Source: Frankiales bacterium (GTDB lineage Bacteria > Actinomycetota > Actinomycetes > Mycobacteriales > SCTD01). From it: DNA of 64,000 bases. Under the pieces are notes generated by a model, which was not told the DNA's origin, did no database searches, and saw only the letters and a list, made by a program, of their open reading frames with translations. Every line of letters begins with the position of its first letter. Position 1 is the stretch's first letter. Where the stretch lies: contig JAOPWV010000105.1 in the NCBI GenBank assembly GCA_025965475.1, positions 320 through 64,319 of the forward strand, in the 5' to 3' direction. The position numbers were made by a program, and so were the translations under genes. Shown one piece after another: positions 8,338-17,748 of this stretch.

Positions 8338-10961
8338 ACCTGCTCCGCTACGTGTTCTCCGCCCTTCTGCGGCGGCGCGCCGAGACCGTCGCGGCGGCGG
8401 TCGCCATCGGCCTGGCCGTGGCGTTCCTCGCCTCGCTCGGCTCCTTCGTCTCCCAGAACCGTGCCCAGCTCGCGGTCCGGGCCGCCGCGCGGGTACCCGT
8501 CGACTGGCAGGTGCAGGTCACGTCCGCCGGCGACCCGACCGCCGTCCGGACCGCACTCGACAAGGTCCCGGACGTGCAGGGCGTGCGCGCCGTCGACTAC
8601 GCGCACGTTCCGGGGCTGCGGTTCCGCTCGCCGAGCGGCACCCGTACGACCGGAGCGGCGTACGTCGTGTCGCTGCCGGCCGACTACGCGGCCTTCGCGC
8701 CCGGCGTCCTGCGGCCGCTGCTGGGCGGCCTGTCCGGCGTGCTGCTGCAGCAGCAGACCGCGTCCAGCCTGGCGGCCGGTCCCGGTGCGAGCATCGAGGT
8801 GCTCGGCCGCGGCACCGCTTCCGCGCCGGTCCGTGCCGACGGGGTCGTGGACGTACGCGGCGCGGACTCGTTCTTCCAGGTCGTCGGCGCGCCCGCCGGT
8901 GCCGGTGCGAGCGCTCCCCCGGACAACGTCCTGTTCGTCCCGCCGTCCGCGTTCGCCCGGCTCACGCAGGGCAGCCCGGTGGTGCACCAGTTCCACACCC
9001 GCTTCCGGCACGACCGGCTGCCGTCGGACCCGGCCGCGGCCGCCGACACGGTGACCCTGCGGGCCAACCACTACGCCGCGGCGGTCACCGGCGGTGCCCT
9101 GGTCGGCAACAACCTCGGAGCGGCGCTGTCCGCCGCGAGGCAGGACGCGATCTACGCCCAGCTGCTCGTGCTGCTGCTCGGCCTGCCCGGGGTCGTGCTG
9201 GCCGGGGTCGTCACGGCACTCGTCGTCGCCCTGCGCACCGACCGGCAGCGCCGCGACATCGCCCTGCTGCGGCTGCGCGGCGCCACCCCGGCCCGCACCG
9301 GGCTGCTGCTCGGACTGCTCGCGGCCGCCGACGGGATCCTCGGCGCGGGCGTCGGCGTCGCCGGTGCCCTCATCGCCACCCGGCTCGCGCTCGGCCGTGG
9401 CGCCCACCTGTCGGTGAGCTGGACGGTCGGCGCCGCCCTGGCCGGCGTGGCCCTGGCCCTGGTCACCGAGCTGGCCCCGGTGTTGCGCCTGCTGCGCCGC
9501 GGCGCCCAGACGGTCTCCGACGCGGTGACCACGCCCGCTCCGGCGCGGACGCCCTGGCCGTTGCGCCTCGGGCTCGACGTGATCCTGCTGGCCGCCTCGC
9601 TGCTCGTCTTCGTCCTGACGGCACGCGGCGGCTACCAGGTCGTCGTCGTGCCCGAAGGCGTCCCGGTCGCCTCGGTCAACTACGCGGCGCTCCTGGCACC
9701 GGCCCTGGCCTGGCCGGGTCTGGCGCTGCTGCTGTGGCGGGTCATCGCCGCGATCCTCGGCCGCCGCCCCCGGGTGCCGGCGGACGACCCGGCCGGCCGG
9801 CTGCCCGACGTGCACGCGGCCGTCGTACGGCGTCGTCGCTGGCTGATCGCCCGGGGCGCCACCGGCCTCGCGGTCGCCGTCGCGGTCGCGGTCTCCACGG
9901 CGGTCTTCACGACGACCTACGACAAGCAGGCCCGGCTCGACGTCGCGCTCACCGTCGGCTCCGACGCCGCGGTCACCCTGCCGCCGGATGCGGCGGGTCC
10001 GCGCCTCGACCCGGCCGCGTACGCCCGCATCCCGAACGTCTCGCACGTCGAGCCGGTCCAGCACCGGCTGGCGTACGTCGGCGCCGACCTGCAGGACCTC
10101 TACGGGATCAACCCGCGCTCGATCGGGCGGTCGGCCCCGCTGCTGGACGCGTTCACGCCCGGCAGCTCGATCCGGTCCAGCCTCGCGAAGCTCGCGGCCA
10201 CCCCCGACGGCGCGCTCCTGGCCCAGGAGACGCTGCACGACTACCAGCTGCATCCCGGGGACATGATCCGGCTGCGCCTCAAGGACCGGACCGGGCACTA
10301 CGCCACCGTGCCGTTCCACGTCGTCGGGGTCATCACCGAGTTCGCCACCGCGCCGCGGGACAGCTTCATCCTCGCGAACAGCTCCTACATCGCGCAGGCC
10401 AGCGGCTCCGACGTGGCGCAGACGATGCTGATCAGCACCCCCGACCCGACCGGGGTCGGTGCGGCACTGCGCCGGCAGGTTCCTGCCGGCGCCGTCGTCG
10501 CCGACACCACATCGGCCGCCGGCAGCGTCACCACGGCCTCCGGGCTCGCGGCCAACGACCTGTCCGGGCTCGCCCGGCTCGGTCTGGGCTTCGGGATGCT
10601 GCTCGCCCTTGCCAGCAGCGCGCTGGTGCTCGTCGTCGGACTCGCGCAGCGCCGCCGGTCGCTCGTGATGCTCGCGGTGCTGGGCGCGACCACGCGGCAG
10701 CGGGCCGGCTTCGTGTGGAGCGAGGCACGGGCCCTCGTCATCGCCGGGACGCTGGGCGGCCTCGTCGCGGGCGGAGTCGTCGCCGCCGAGCTCGTCAAGG
10801 TGCTCAACGGCATCTTCGACCCGGCGCCGGAGAGCCCGGCCGTCCCGGTCACCTTCCTGTCGGTGCTCGTCGCCGGGGTGATCGCCGCGACCGCACTGGC
10901 CGCCCTCGTCTGCGCCCGCGTGCTCGGCCGGGTCGACGCGAGCCGGCTCCGCGATCTCTGA
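8334..10961 (+). CDS. FtsX-family ABC permease (long, double-module type)
   Basis: GTG at 8334 overlaps the upstream stop. The 875-aa product has hydrophobic helix clusters at the N-terminus, the middle (about aa 270-470) and the C-terminus (about aa 740-870), separated by large soluble regions. It sits directly after the two ATPases. Confidence 0.8.
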   Translation: MNLLRYVFSALLRRRAETVAAAVAIGLAVAFLASLGSFVSQNRAQLAVRAAARVPVDWQVQVTSAGDPTAVRTALDKVPDVQGVRAVDYAHVPGLRFRSPSGTRTTGAAYVVSLPADYAAFAPGVLRPLLGGLSGVLLQQQTASSLAAGPGASIEVLGRGTASAPVRADGVVDVRGADSFFQVVGAPAGAGASAPPDNVLFVPPSAFARLTQGSPVVHQFHTRFRHDRLPSDPAAAADTVTLRANHYAAAVTGGALVGNNLGAALSAARQDAIYAQLLVLLLGLPGVVLAGVVTALVVALRTDRQRRDIALLRLRGATPARTGLLLGLLAAADGILGAGVGVAGALIATRLALGRGAHLSVSWTVGAALAGVALALVTELAPVLRLLRRGAQTVSDAVTTPAPARTPWPLRLGLDVILLAASLLVFVLTARGGYQVVVVPEGVPVASVNYAALLAPALAWPGLALLLWRVIAAILGRRPRVPADDPAGRLPDVHAAVVRRRRWLIARGATGLAVAVAVAVSTAVFTTTYDKQARLDVALTVGSDAAVTLPPDAAGPRLDPAAYARIPNVSHVEPVQHRLAYVGADLQDLYGINPRSIGRSAPLLDAFTPGSSIRSSLAKLAATPDGALLAQETLHDYQLHPGDMIRLRLKDRTGHYATVPFHVVGVITEFATAPRDSFILANSSYIAQASGSDVAQTMLISTPDPTGVGAALRRQVPAGAVVADTTSAAGSVTTASGLAANDLSGLARLGLGFGMLLALASSALVLVVGLAQRRRSLVMLAVLGATTRQRAGFVWSEARALVIAGTLGGLVAGGVVAAELVKVLNGIFDPAPESPAVPVTFLSVLVAGVIAATALAALVCARVLGRVDASRLRDL

Positions 10962-10983
10962 CCGAACCTGCGAAGGTGGGGGC

Positions 10984-12264
10984 ATGGACAGGACGCGTCT
11001 GCCGCTGCGCACCACGATCGCGGCTCTGCTCGGCGGGCTGGCCGGCCTGCTGTCCCGGCTGCTCGGCCGGGGCAGCGGCGGCACCATCCCGGGGCGGATC
11101 ACCCTGGCGCTCGCACCGGAGGCGCTCGCGCAGCTGACGGCGGGCCGGCGCGTCCTGCTGGTCTCGGGGACCAACGGCAAGACGACCACCACCAGCTACC
11201 TCGCGGCGGCGTTGCGGTCGGCCGGACCGGTGGTGACCAACGAGGGCGGGTCGAACCTGGCCCGCGGCCTGGCCACCGCGATGCTGCTGTCGCGGCGGGA
11301 CACCACCTCGCCGGTCGTCCTGGAGGTCGACGAGGTCGTCCTGCCGTACGCGATCGCGCAGACCCGGCCGGTCGCGGTCGTACTGCTCAACCTCAGCCGT
11401 GACCAGCTCGACCGGCTCGGCGAGGTGGCAAGCCACGTCAGCCGGTGGTCCCAGGCGCTGTCCACGCACCAGGGCGTCGTCGTGGTCGCCAACGCGGACG
11501 ACCCTCTGGTCGTGGACGCCGTCCACACGGCCCGGCCGGACGGGCACGGGGTGGTCTTCGTCGGCGCCGGCGGGAGCTGGCGTCAGGACGCGTCGCTGTG
11601 CCCCCGCTGCGGGGCCCCGCTGCCGCTCGACCGGCTCTACCAGTGCCCGCGCTGCGACTTCGCCCGACCGGCCACCGGGTGGGCGGTCGAGGACGACCTG
11701 CTGATCCGGCCGGACGGCGCACCGGTCCCCCTCGAGCTCGGCCTGCCCGGCCGGGCCAACCGGGGCAACGCGGCTCAGGCCGCGGCGGCGGCCATGCAGG
11801 TCGGCATCGATCCGGTGGACGCCGTGGCGCAGATGCGCGCCGTCACCGAGGTCAGCGGCCGTTACCTCGTCGTGAAGGTGGACGGCACCGAGGCGCAGCT
11901 GCTGCTCGCCAAGAATCCGGCGGGCTGGGCGGAGGCGCTCGACCTGGTCGCCAGCCGCACCACCCCCGTCGTCCTGGCGATCAACGCCCGCACCGCCGAC
12001 GGGACGGACCCGTCCTGGCTGTGGGACGTGCCCTTCGAGCTGCTCCAGGGCCGGCAGGTGGCGATCACCGGCGAACGCGTCTGGGACCTCGCGGTCCGGC
12101 TGGACCACGCCGAGGTGCCGTACGACGTCGCCGACGACGTGGCCGGCGGCATCCGGCGGGTCGGCGGAGCCCGCTGCGACGTCGTCGCCAACTACACCGC
12201 CTTCACCACCGCCCGCGCCGCGTTGCTGCGTGGCGACCTGGCCGTGACGGAGGGAACGCGATGA
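10984..12264 (+). CDS. murT: lipid II isoglutaminyl synthase subunit MurT (Mur-ligase family)
   Basis: It has a Mur-ligase P-loop VSGTNGKTTT and a Cys4 ribbon CPRCGAPL...YQCPRCDF. It is followed by, and translationally coupled to, a GatD-type amidotransferase. Confidence 0.85.
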   Translation: MDRTRLPLRTTIAALLGGLAGLLSRLLGRGSGGTIPGRITLALAPEALAQLTAGRRVLLVSGTNGKTTTTSYLAAALRSAGPVVTNEGGSNLARGLATAMLLSRRDTTSPVVLEVDEVVLPYAIAQTRPVAVVLLNLSRDQLDRLGEVASHVSRWSQALSTHQGVVVVANADDPLVVDAVHTARPDGHGVVFVGAGGSWRQDASLCPRCGAPLPLDRLYQCPRCDFARPATGWAVEDDLLIRPDGAPVPLELGLPGRANRGNAAQAAAAAMQVGIDPVDAVAQMRAVTEVSGRYLVVKVDGTEAQLLLAKNPAGWAEALDLVASRTTPVVLAINARTADGTDPSWLWDVPFELLQGRQVAITGERVWDLAVRLDHAEVPYDVADDVAGGIRRVGGARCDVVANYTAFTTARAALLRGDLAVTEGTR

Positions 12265-12965
12265 CCGGCGAGGCCGCACTGCGGATCGCGGTGCTCTACC
12301 CCGAGGTCCTCGGCACGTACGGCGACCGGGGCAACGCCCTGGTGCTCGAGCGGCGGATGGCCTGGCGCGGCGAAGCCGTCGAGGTGGTCGACGTCGCCGT
12401 CGGCTCGACGGTCCCCACGACCTGCGACCTCTATCTCATCGGCGGCGGCGAGGACGCGGCCCAGTCGGCCGCGCTGCAGGACCTGTCCCGCACCGGCGCG
12501 CTCGCCGACATCGTGTCCCGCGGGGTCCCGGTGCTCGCCGTCTGCGCCGGGCTGCAGATGCTCGGCCAGACCTTCGAGGTCAGTGGCGGCCGCGTCGTGC
12601 CGGGGCTCGGGCTGCTCGACGTCACGACCACCCGGCTCGCGACGCGCGCCGTCGGCGAGGTGGTGGCCCGGGTGGACGGTCTCCCGGGCGTCCCGGAGCT
12701 GACCGGGTTCGAGAACCATGGCGGCGGCACGACCCTCGGGCCGGACGCGGCGCCCCTGGCCCAGGTGGTCAGCGGCACCGGCAACGGGGCCGGCGGTACC
12801 GAGGGGGCGCTCCAGGGCAGCATCGTCGCGACGTACCTGCACGGCCCGGTCCTGGCGCGCAATCCGGCACTCGCCGACCTGCTGCTGAGCCGGGCCACCG
12901 GCCGCGACCTGGCGCCGTTGGACCTGCCCTCGGTGGACCGGCTGCGCCGTGAGCGGCTGGCATAG
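12261..12965 (+). CDS. gatD: glutamine amidotransferase GatD (CobQ-like GATase)
   Basis: ATG at 12261 overlaps the murT stop (ATGA). The nucleophile context is PVLAVCAGLQMLG and the C-terminal His context is ATYLHGPVLARNP. Confidence 0.85.
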   Translation: MTGEAALRIAVLYPEVLGTYGDRGNALVLERRMAWRGEAVEVVDVAVGSTVPTTCDLYLIGGGEDAAQSAALQDLSRTGALADIVSRGVPVLAVCAGLQMLGQTFEVSGGRVVPGLGLLDVTTTRLATRAVGEVVARVDGLPGVPELTGFENHGGGTTLGPDAAPLAQVVSGTGNGAGGTEGALQGSIVATYLHGPVLARNPALADLLLSRATGRDLAPLDLPSVDRLRRERLA

Positions 12966-13677
12966 GGCGGCGACTGCCGGCGGGCTGCTGGCCGCGGCAG
13001 GCGCCGTCGCGCAGGGCGCGCCGGGTGTCACCGCGCTCGCCGGCCTGCGACCGCTGTGGCCGCGCCTGGCGGGCACCGGCCGCCCCGGGCATGTGGCCCT
13101 GACCTTCGACGACGGCCCGGACGGGGCGAGCACGCCGCAGTTCCTCGACCTGCTCGCCCGCCGCGGTGTCCGGGCCACCTTCTTCCTGCTCGGCGAGATG
13201 ATCACCCGGTTCCCGGACCTGCCCGGCCGGATGACGGCCGAGGGCCACGAAGTGGCCGTGCACAGCTGGGACCACCGCAACCACCTCCGGCACCTGCCCG
13301 GCCGGGCGCTCGACCAGCTGGCCCGGACCGCCGACCTCGCCGAGGCCCGTGGCGGCGTCAGGCCGCGGTTCTTCCGGCCGCCGTACGGCGTGCTGAGCAC
13401 CGCCGGGTTGCGCGCCGCCGCGACTGTGGGGCTGCAGCCGGTGCTCTGGACGACCTGGGGCCGGGACTGGGCCGCCGAGGCCACCCCCGGGTCGGTGCTG
13501 CGCACGGTCACCTCGGGACTGACCGGCGGCGGCACCGTCCTGCTGCACGACTCCGACTGCACCTCCGCGCCGGGCGCCTGGCGGTCGGCGTACGGCGCCG
13601 TGCCGGAGCTGCTGTCGTGGTGCGCCGGGCGCGGCCTCGAGGTCGGCCCGCTGGCCGAGCACGGCCTGCCCCGGTGA
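12949..13677 (+). CDS. polysaccharide deacetylase (NodB homology domain)
   Basis: NodB motifs are ALTFDDGPD, HSWDH and FRPPYG. It overlaps the gatD 3' end by 17 nt. Confidence 0.85.
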   Translation: MSGWHRAATAGGLLAAAGAVAQGAPGVTALAGLRPLWPRLAGTGRPGHVALTFDDGPDGASTPQFLDLLARRGVRATFFLLGEMITRFPDLPGRMTAEGHEVAVHSWDHRNHLRHLPGRALDQLARTADLAEARGGVRPRFFRPPYGVLSTAGLRAAATVGLQPVLWTTWGRDWAAEATPGSVLRTVTSGLTGGGTVLLHDSDCTSAPGAWRSAYGAVPELLSWCAGRGLEVGPLAEHGLPR

Positions 13678-14537
13678 GCGGCCCGGCCACCGCCGTCGCC
13701 GTGGCGACGGGGCTCGCGTCCGCGGCCGCCTTCGGGCTGGCGTCCGCGCTGCAGCACCACCAGGCGGGCCGCGTCACGAGGACCGGTGCGCTTGACCCCG
13801 CCCTGCTGTCCAGCCTGGTCCGCCGCCCGCTGTGGCTGCTCGGTGTCCTGGCCGACGGGCTGGCGGTGGCGCTGCAGGCCGTCGGGCTGCGCTTCGGGCC
13901 GGTCGCCCTCGTCCAGCCGCTCCTGATCGCCGGGCTACCCGTCGCCGTCGTCCTGTCCGCGCTGCTGGAGCACCGGCGCCCGTCCGGCCGCGAGGTGGCG
14001 GGGATCCTCCTGTGCACCGCCGGCCTGGCAGTGCTGGCCCCCGCCACCGCGACGGCGGGGCTCGGCGGCGACCCCGGTCGGCGCAGCGCAATCCTGGCCG
14101 GTCTCGTGCTCGCTGCCGTCGTCGGCGCACTGTTGCTCGCCGCCCGACTGCGGAACCACTGGTCCCCCGTCGCCACCGGGACGGCCGCGGGTGTCACGGT
14201 CGGGGCCGGATCGGTGCTGCTCGCGGTGTGTGCGCTCCGCGTCGACCACCCGGGGCGGCTGCTGACCAGCATCGCGCCGTACGCACTGATCGCCGTCGGA
14301 CTTCTGGGACTGGCCCTGACGCAGGCGGCGTTCCAGACGGGCGCGCTCGGCGCTCCACTGGCGGCCCTGTCCGTGATGGAGCCGGTGGTCGCGGTCGCGC
14401 TCGCCGTCGCGGTGCTGCACGAGCACCTGCCCGCCGCGGCGACCGGGCGCGTGCTGGCGGCGATCGGCGCTACCGCGGCCGTGGCCGGCGTCGTCGTCCT
14501 GTCGCGGCGGGCTCCTGCGCGCGCCCGGGCCGGCTAG
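13674..14537 (+). CDS. DMT-superfamily-like integral membrane protein
   Basis: GTG at 13674 overlaps the upstream stop (GTGA), in the frame of track ORF 13056..14537. The roughly 287-aa product is almost entirely hydrophobic helices. It is paralogous in layout to 53671..54564 and 54561..55421. Confidence 0.7.
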   Translation: MSGPATAVAVATGLASAAAFGLASALQHHQAGRVTRTGALDPALLSSLVRRPLWLLGVLADGLAVALQAVGLRFGPVALVQPLLIAGLPVAVVLSALLEHRRPSGREVAGILLCTAGLAVLAPATATAGLGGDPGRRSAILAGLVLAAVVGALLLAARLRNHWSPVATGTAAGVTVGAGSVLLAVCALRVDHPGRLLTSIAPYALIAVGLLGLALTQAAFQTGALGAPLAALSVMEPVVAVALAVAVLHEHLPAAATGRVLAAIGATAAVAGVVVLSRRAPARARAG

Positions 14538-15862
14538 GGCAGCCGGGGCAGCCGCACCTGCAGCCGCGCACCGCCCAGCGGCGAGTCGGTCGCCGACACC
14601 ACGCCGCCGTGGGCGGCCGCGATCTCCCGGACCAGGGTGAGGCCGAGGCCGGCGCCGCCCTCCGGCCGGCTGCGTCCGGGGTCCAGCCGGACCCAGCGGT
14701 CGAAGATCCGCTCCCGGTCCTCCGACGGGATCCCCGGTCCGTCGTCATCGACGGTGAGCACCGCAGCTCCGCCGTCGGTGACGACGGCGACCCGCACGGT
14801 CGCGGCGTACCGGCCGGCGTTGTCGGTGAGGTTGCGCAGCAGCCGCTGGAGCGCCGCCCGATCGCCGAGCACCCGGACCGGGGTGCCGTTCGTTCCCGCG
14901 AGCGCGGACAGGTCGACGGGCCTGAACGGTGCCGGCTGGCGGGCGTCGAGCCGCGCGAGCAGGAGCAGGTCGTCCACCAGTTCCTGCAGCCGGTCGACCT
15001 CCTGGTCCAGGTCGGCCACCAGCTGCGCCCCGTCCACGAGGTCGGGATGCGCCCGGGCCACATCGAGCTGCACCCGCATGCTGGCCAGCGGCGAACGCAG
15101 TTCGTGGGCGGCATCGGCGACGAAGGCACGCTGCTGGCGCAGGGCCGACTGCAGCCGGCCGAGGACGTCGTTGAGGGTGCCGGCGAGCCGGCTCACCTCG
15201 TCGTCCCGCTCGCCGACCGGGAGCAGCTGCCCCGGGCCCTCACCGGACGCCGCGATCCGGCCGGCGGCCTCACGCAGCCGCTCCACCGGCCGCAGTGAGG
15301 ACCCGATGACGAGCCGGGCGAGCAGGGTCGCGGCCAGCACCAGGGCGGGGACCACCAGCAGCAGCACGACGCGGAGCGCGCCGATCGCCCGCCGTACGTC
15401 GGCGAGCGGGGCGGCGACGACGACCAGTACCGGGCGACCCCCGACGACGGACGAGGCGGTCCGCACCCGCACCGGCCCGTCGCCGTACGCCGGCGCCTCC
15501 TCGGTGAACGTCCCGGGCGCCCGGCCCACGAGGCCGTCCACCAGGGGCCGGGCCTGGCTCGCCGCGGGCGACGCGGCCAGGACGACGCCCGACCGGTCGA
15601 GTACCTGGGCCAGCAGGGTCGAGCCGGCCGGGACGGGCAGCGGCCGCGGCAGCTGCCCGCTGCTGACGAGCTGCACGAGGACGTCCGCCTCGCGGGCCGT
15701 CTGTACGTCCAGCTGACGCATCCGGCCGGCGGCGAAGACGGCGACGACCGCCACCGTCCCGACGAGCAGCGCCGCCGCGAGCGGGACGACCGATCCCACG
15801 ACCAGGCGCGTGCGCAGGGACCGGGCGAACCACCAGCCGGTCAGCGCCGCCGGCGGCCTCAT
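14534..15862 (-). CDS. sensor histidine kinase
   Basis: It has two TM segments, a HAMP-like linker, an H-box AHELRSPLASM, and NLTDNAGRYA, DDDGPGI and GAGLGLTLV. Confidence 0.9.
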   Translation of the reverse strand: MRPPAALTGWWFARSLRTRLVVGSVVPLAAALLVGTVAVVAVFAAGRMRQLDVQTAREADVLVQLVSSGQLPRPLPVPAGSTLLAQVLDRSGVVLAASPAASQARPLVDGLVGRAPGTFTEEAPAYGDGPVRVRTASSVVGGRPVLVVVAAPLADVRRAIGALRVVLLLVVPALVLAATLLARLVIGSSLRPVERLREAAGRIAASGEGPGQLLPVGERDDEVSRLAGTLNDVLGRLQSALRQQRAFVADAAHELRSPLASMRVQLDVARAHPDLVDGAQLVADLDQEVDRLQELVDDLLLLARLDARQPAPFRPVDLSALAGTNGTPVRVLGDRAALQRLLRNLTDNAGRYAATVRVAVVTDGGAAVLTVDDDGPGIPSEDRERIFDRWVRLDPGRSRPEGGAGLGLTLVREIAAAHGGVVSATDSPLGGARLQVRLPRLP

Positions 15863-16515
15863 CCGCCGATCCGGTAGCCGCCGCCGCGCACCGTCACGAC
15901 GGCCTCCCGCCCGAGTTTGCGGCGCAGGTAGCTGACGTACACCTCGACAAGGTTGGGGCCGCCGTCGGCCCCGACGTCGAAGACGTGCTCGAGCAGCTCG
16001 CTCTTCGACACGGCGGCTCCGTCCCTGCGCATCAGGTATTCCAGGACGCCGAACTCGCGCGGGGTGAGGTCCACCGGCTTGCCCGCCTTGGTCACCGTAC
16101 GGCTGGCCGGGTCGAGCACGACCGCCCCGGCTGCGAGCAGCGCCGGCCGGGGCGCGCGGCCGCGGCGGACGAGGACGCGCAGCCGGGCGAGGAGGACGAC
16201 GTACGAGTACGGCTTGACCAGGTAGTCGTCGGCGCCGAGGTCGAGGGCGTCCGCCAGGTCGTACTCGCCGTCCTTGGCGGACAGGACCAGCACGGGCGTC
16301 CAGTCGCCCCCGTGGCGGAGCCTGCGCAGGACCTCGTAGCCGGACAGCACCGGCATCATGAGGTCCAGCAGCAGCGCGTCGTACTCCACCGACTCCGCCA
16401 GCTCCAGCGCCGCCGCCCCGTCGGCCGCCACATCGACGGTGAAGCCGTCCGCGACCAGCCCGCGGGCCAGGGCGGCGGTCAGCCGGGGCTCGTCGTCGAC
16501 CAGCAGCAGGCGCAC
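15859..16515 (-). CDS. OmpR-family response regulator
   Basis: Motifs are MRLLLVDDE, LLLDLMMPVLSG, LVKPY and a C-terminal LTPREFGVLEYL...VRGGGYRI. The stop overlaps the kinase start. Confidence 0.9.
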   Translation of the reverse strand: MRLLLVDDEPRLTAALARGLVADGFTVDVAADGAAALELAESVEYDALLLDLMMPVLSGYEVLRRLRHGGDWTPVLVLSAKDGEYDLADALDLGADDYLVKPYSYVVLLARLRVLVRRGRAPRPALLAAGAVVLDPASRTVTKAGKPVDLTPREFGVLEYLMRRDGAAVSKSELLEHVFDVGADGGPNLVEVYVSYLRRKLGREAVVTVRGGGYRIGG

Positions 16516-16623
16516 CGGGCCTCCCCTCCGGCCCCGCGGGGCAGGGAGCCAGTGTCTCCCGATGCCGGTGCGCAGGCCGGTTGCTCTCAGCGGACTCTAA
16601 GTACGGCGAGGGACTCTCGTCCC

Positions 16624-17748
16624 ATGACTTCCACTACGCGACGCCCCCTCCGTCGCCGTGCCGCCTGGTCCGTGCCCGTGGTCACGGCCGGGCTGGTCGC
16701 CGCGGCAGCCGTCCTGCCCGGCAGCGCCTTCAGCAGCGCGGCCTTCGGCAACGGTCATACGGCCCTTCAACCGCGCACCCCCGCGGAACTGCTCGCCGCG
16801 GTGCGGACCAGCAGCGTCCGATCCGTGTCGGGGACCGTGGTCGAGACCACGCGTCTCGGGCTCCCGCCCCTTCCGGGTGCCGACCGGTCCGCGTCGCTGC
16901 AGTGGCAGTCGCTCGTGGCCGGCTCGCACACCGCCCGCGTCTGGGCCGACGGCCCCGGCCGGCAGCGACTGGCCATGCTCGGGCAGCTCGCCGAGTCCGA
17001 CGTCGTCCGCAACGGCCAGGACCTGTGGACGTACGCCTCCGACACCACCGCCGTCACGCACGCCGTCGTGCCCTCTGATGCCTCGAAAGCCATGACCGCG
17101 CCCGCGGACATCCGCGGCTTCACCCCGCAGGCAGCGGCCGACAAGGCGCTGCAGGCCATCGACCCGACGACGGCCGTGAGCGTGCGCGCCGACGCCGTGG
17201 TCGCGGGCCGGACGACGTACACGCTTCGCCTCGCGCCCCGCACGGCCGGCTCGACCATCCGCCAGGTGCTCATCGCCGTCGACGGCGCGACGAGCGTTCC
17301 GCTGCGCGTGCAGGTCTACGGCGCCGGAAGCAGCCCGGCCTTCGAGACCGCCTTCACCGACATCTCGTTCGCCCGCCCCGCGGCCACGGTGTTCGCCTTC
17401 GTGCCGCCCGCCGGTGCGAGCGTCACGACCCGGAGCCTCCTGAGCCGTACCCAGGCCGGCAGCAGCGACAAGGCCGCGGCCCGGCTCCGGGCGGCCGCGG
17501 AGCCGATGGCCAGCATGATGATCGGCAGCGGCTGGACCTCGATCGCCGCGTTCCGCCCAGGGAACTCGCCCCGCCGGGACGCCTCCACCGCCACCATGCT
17601 CGACCAGCTGTCGACCGTACAGCCCAACGGTGACCGGCTCGTGCGGACGCCGCTCGTCAACGCCCTGCTCACCCGGGACGGCCGGGCCTTCGTCGGCGCG
17701 GTGACGCCGGAGCTGCTCCTTCGGGCGGCGGCCGGGAACGCCGGGTGA
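16624..17748 (+). CDS. secreted LolA-fold-like protein
   Basis: ATG at 16624 lies in the frame of track ORF 15985..17748. The signal-like N-terminus is MTSTTRRPLRRRAAWSVPVVTAGLVAAAAVLPGSAFS. The segment LSGTVVETTRLGLPPLPG...SHTARVWADGPGRQRLAMLGQLAESDVVRNGQDLWTY resembles actinobacterial LolA-like proteins as I recall them. Confidence 0.65.
   Translation: MTSTTRRPLRRRAAWSVPVVTAGLVAAAAVLPGSAFSSAAFGNGHTALQPRTPAELLAAVRTSSVRSVSGTVVETTRLGLPPLPGADRSASLQWQSLVAGSHTARVWADGPGRQRLAMLGQLAESDVVRNGQDLWTYASDTTAVTHAVVPSDASKAMTAPADIRGFTPQAAADKALQAIDPTTAVSVRADAVVAGRTTYTLRLAPRTAGSTIRQVLIAVDGATSVPLRVQVYGAGSSPAFETAFTDISFARPAATVFAFVPPAGASVTTRSLLSRTQAGSSDKAAARLRAAAEPMASMMIGSGWTSIAAFRPGNSPRRDASTATMLDQLSTVQPNGDRLVRTPLVNALLTRDGRAFVGAVTPELLLRAAAGNAG

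Noticed and set aside
7611-11192. A 1193-aa ORF on the minus strand spanning three ABC genes, and the 1025-aa plus-strand ORF 8060..11137
   Set aside because: These are Arg/Pro/Gly-rich, low-complexity translations with no recognisable motif. They lie antisense or out of frame to genes with clear Walker and FtsX features. Stop-poor alternate frames are typical of very GC-rich DNA.
2927-15862. All three histidine kinases (2927..4255, 4975..6303 and 14534..15862) are exactly 1329 nt long
   Set aside because: Their sensor regions are clearly different in sequence. They share only the generic TM-HAMP-HisKA-HATPase architecture. The equal length looks coincidental rather than a sign of recent duplication.
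16592-16617. Direct repeat GGACTCT...GGACTCT (19-bp periodicity) upstream of the LolA-like gene, considered as an OmpR-type regulator binding site
   Set aside because: There are only two 7-mers. The spacing does not match the usual 10-11 or 21 bp. The second copy coincides with the probable ribosome-binding site (GAGGGA) 7 nt before the ATG.
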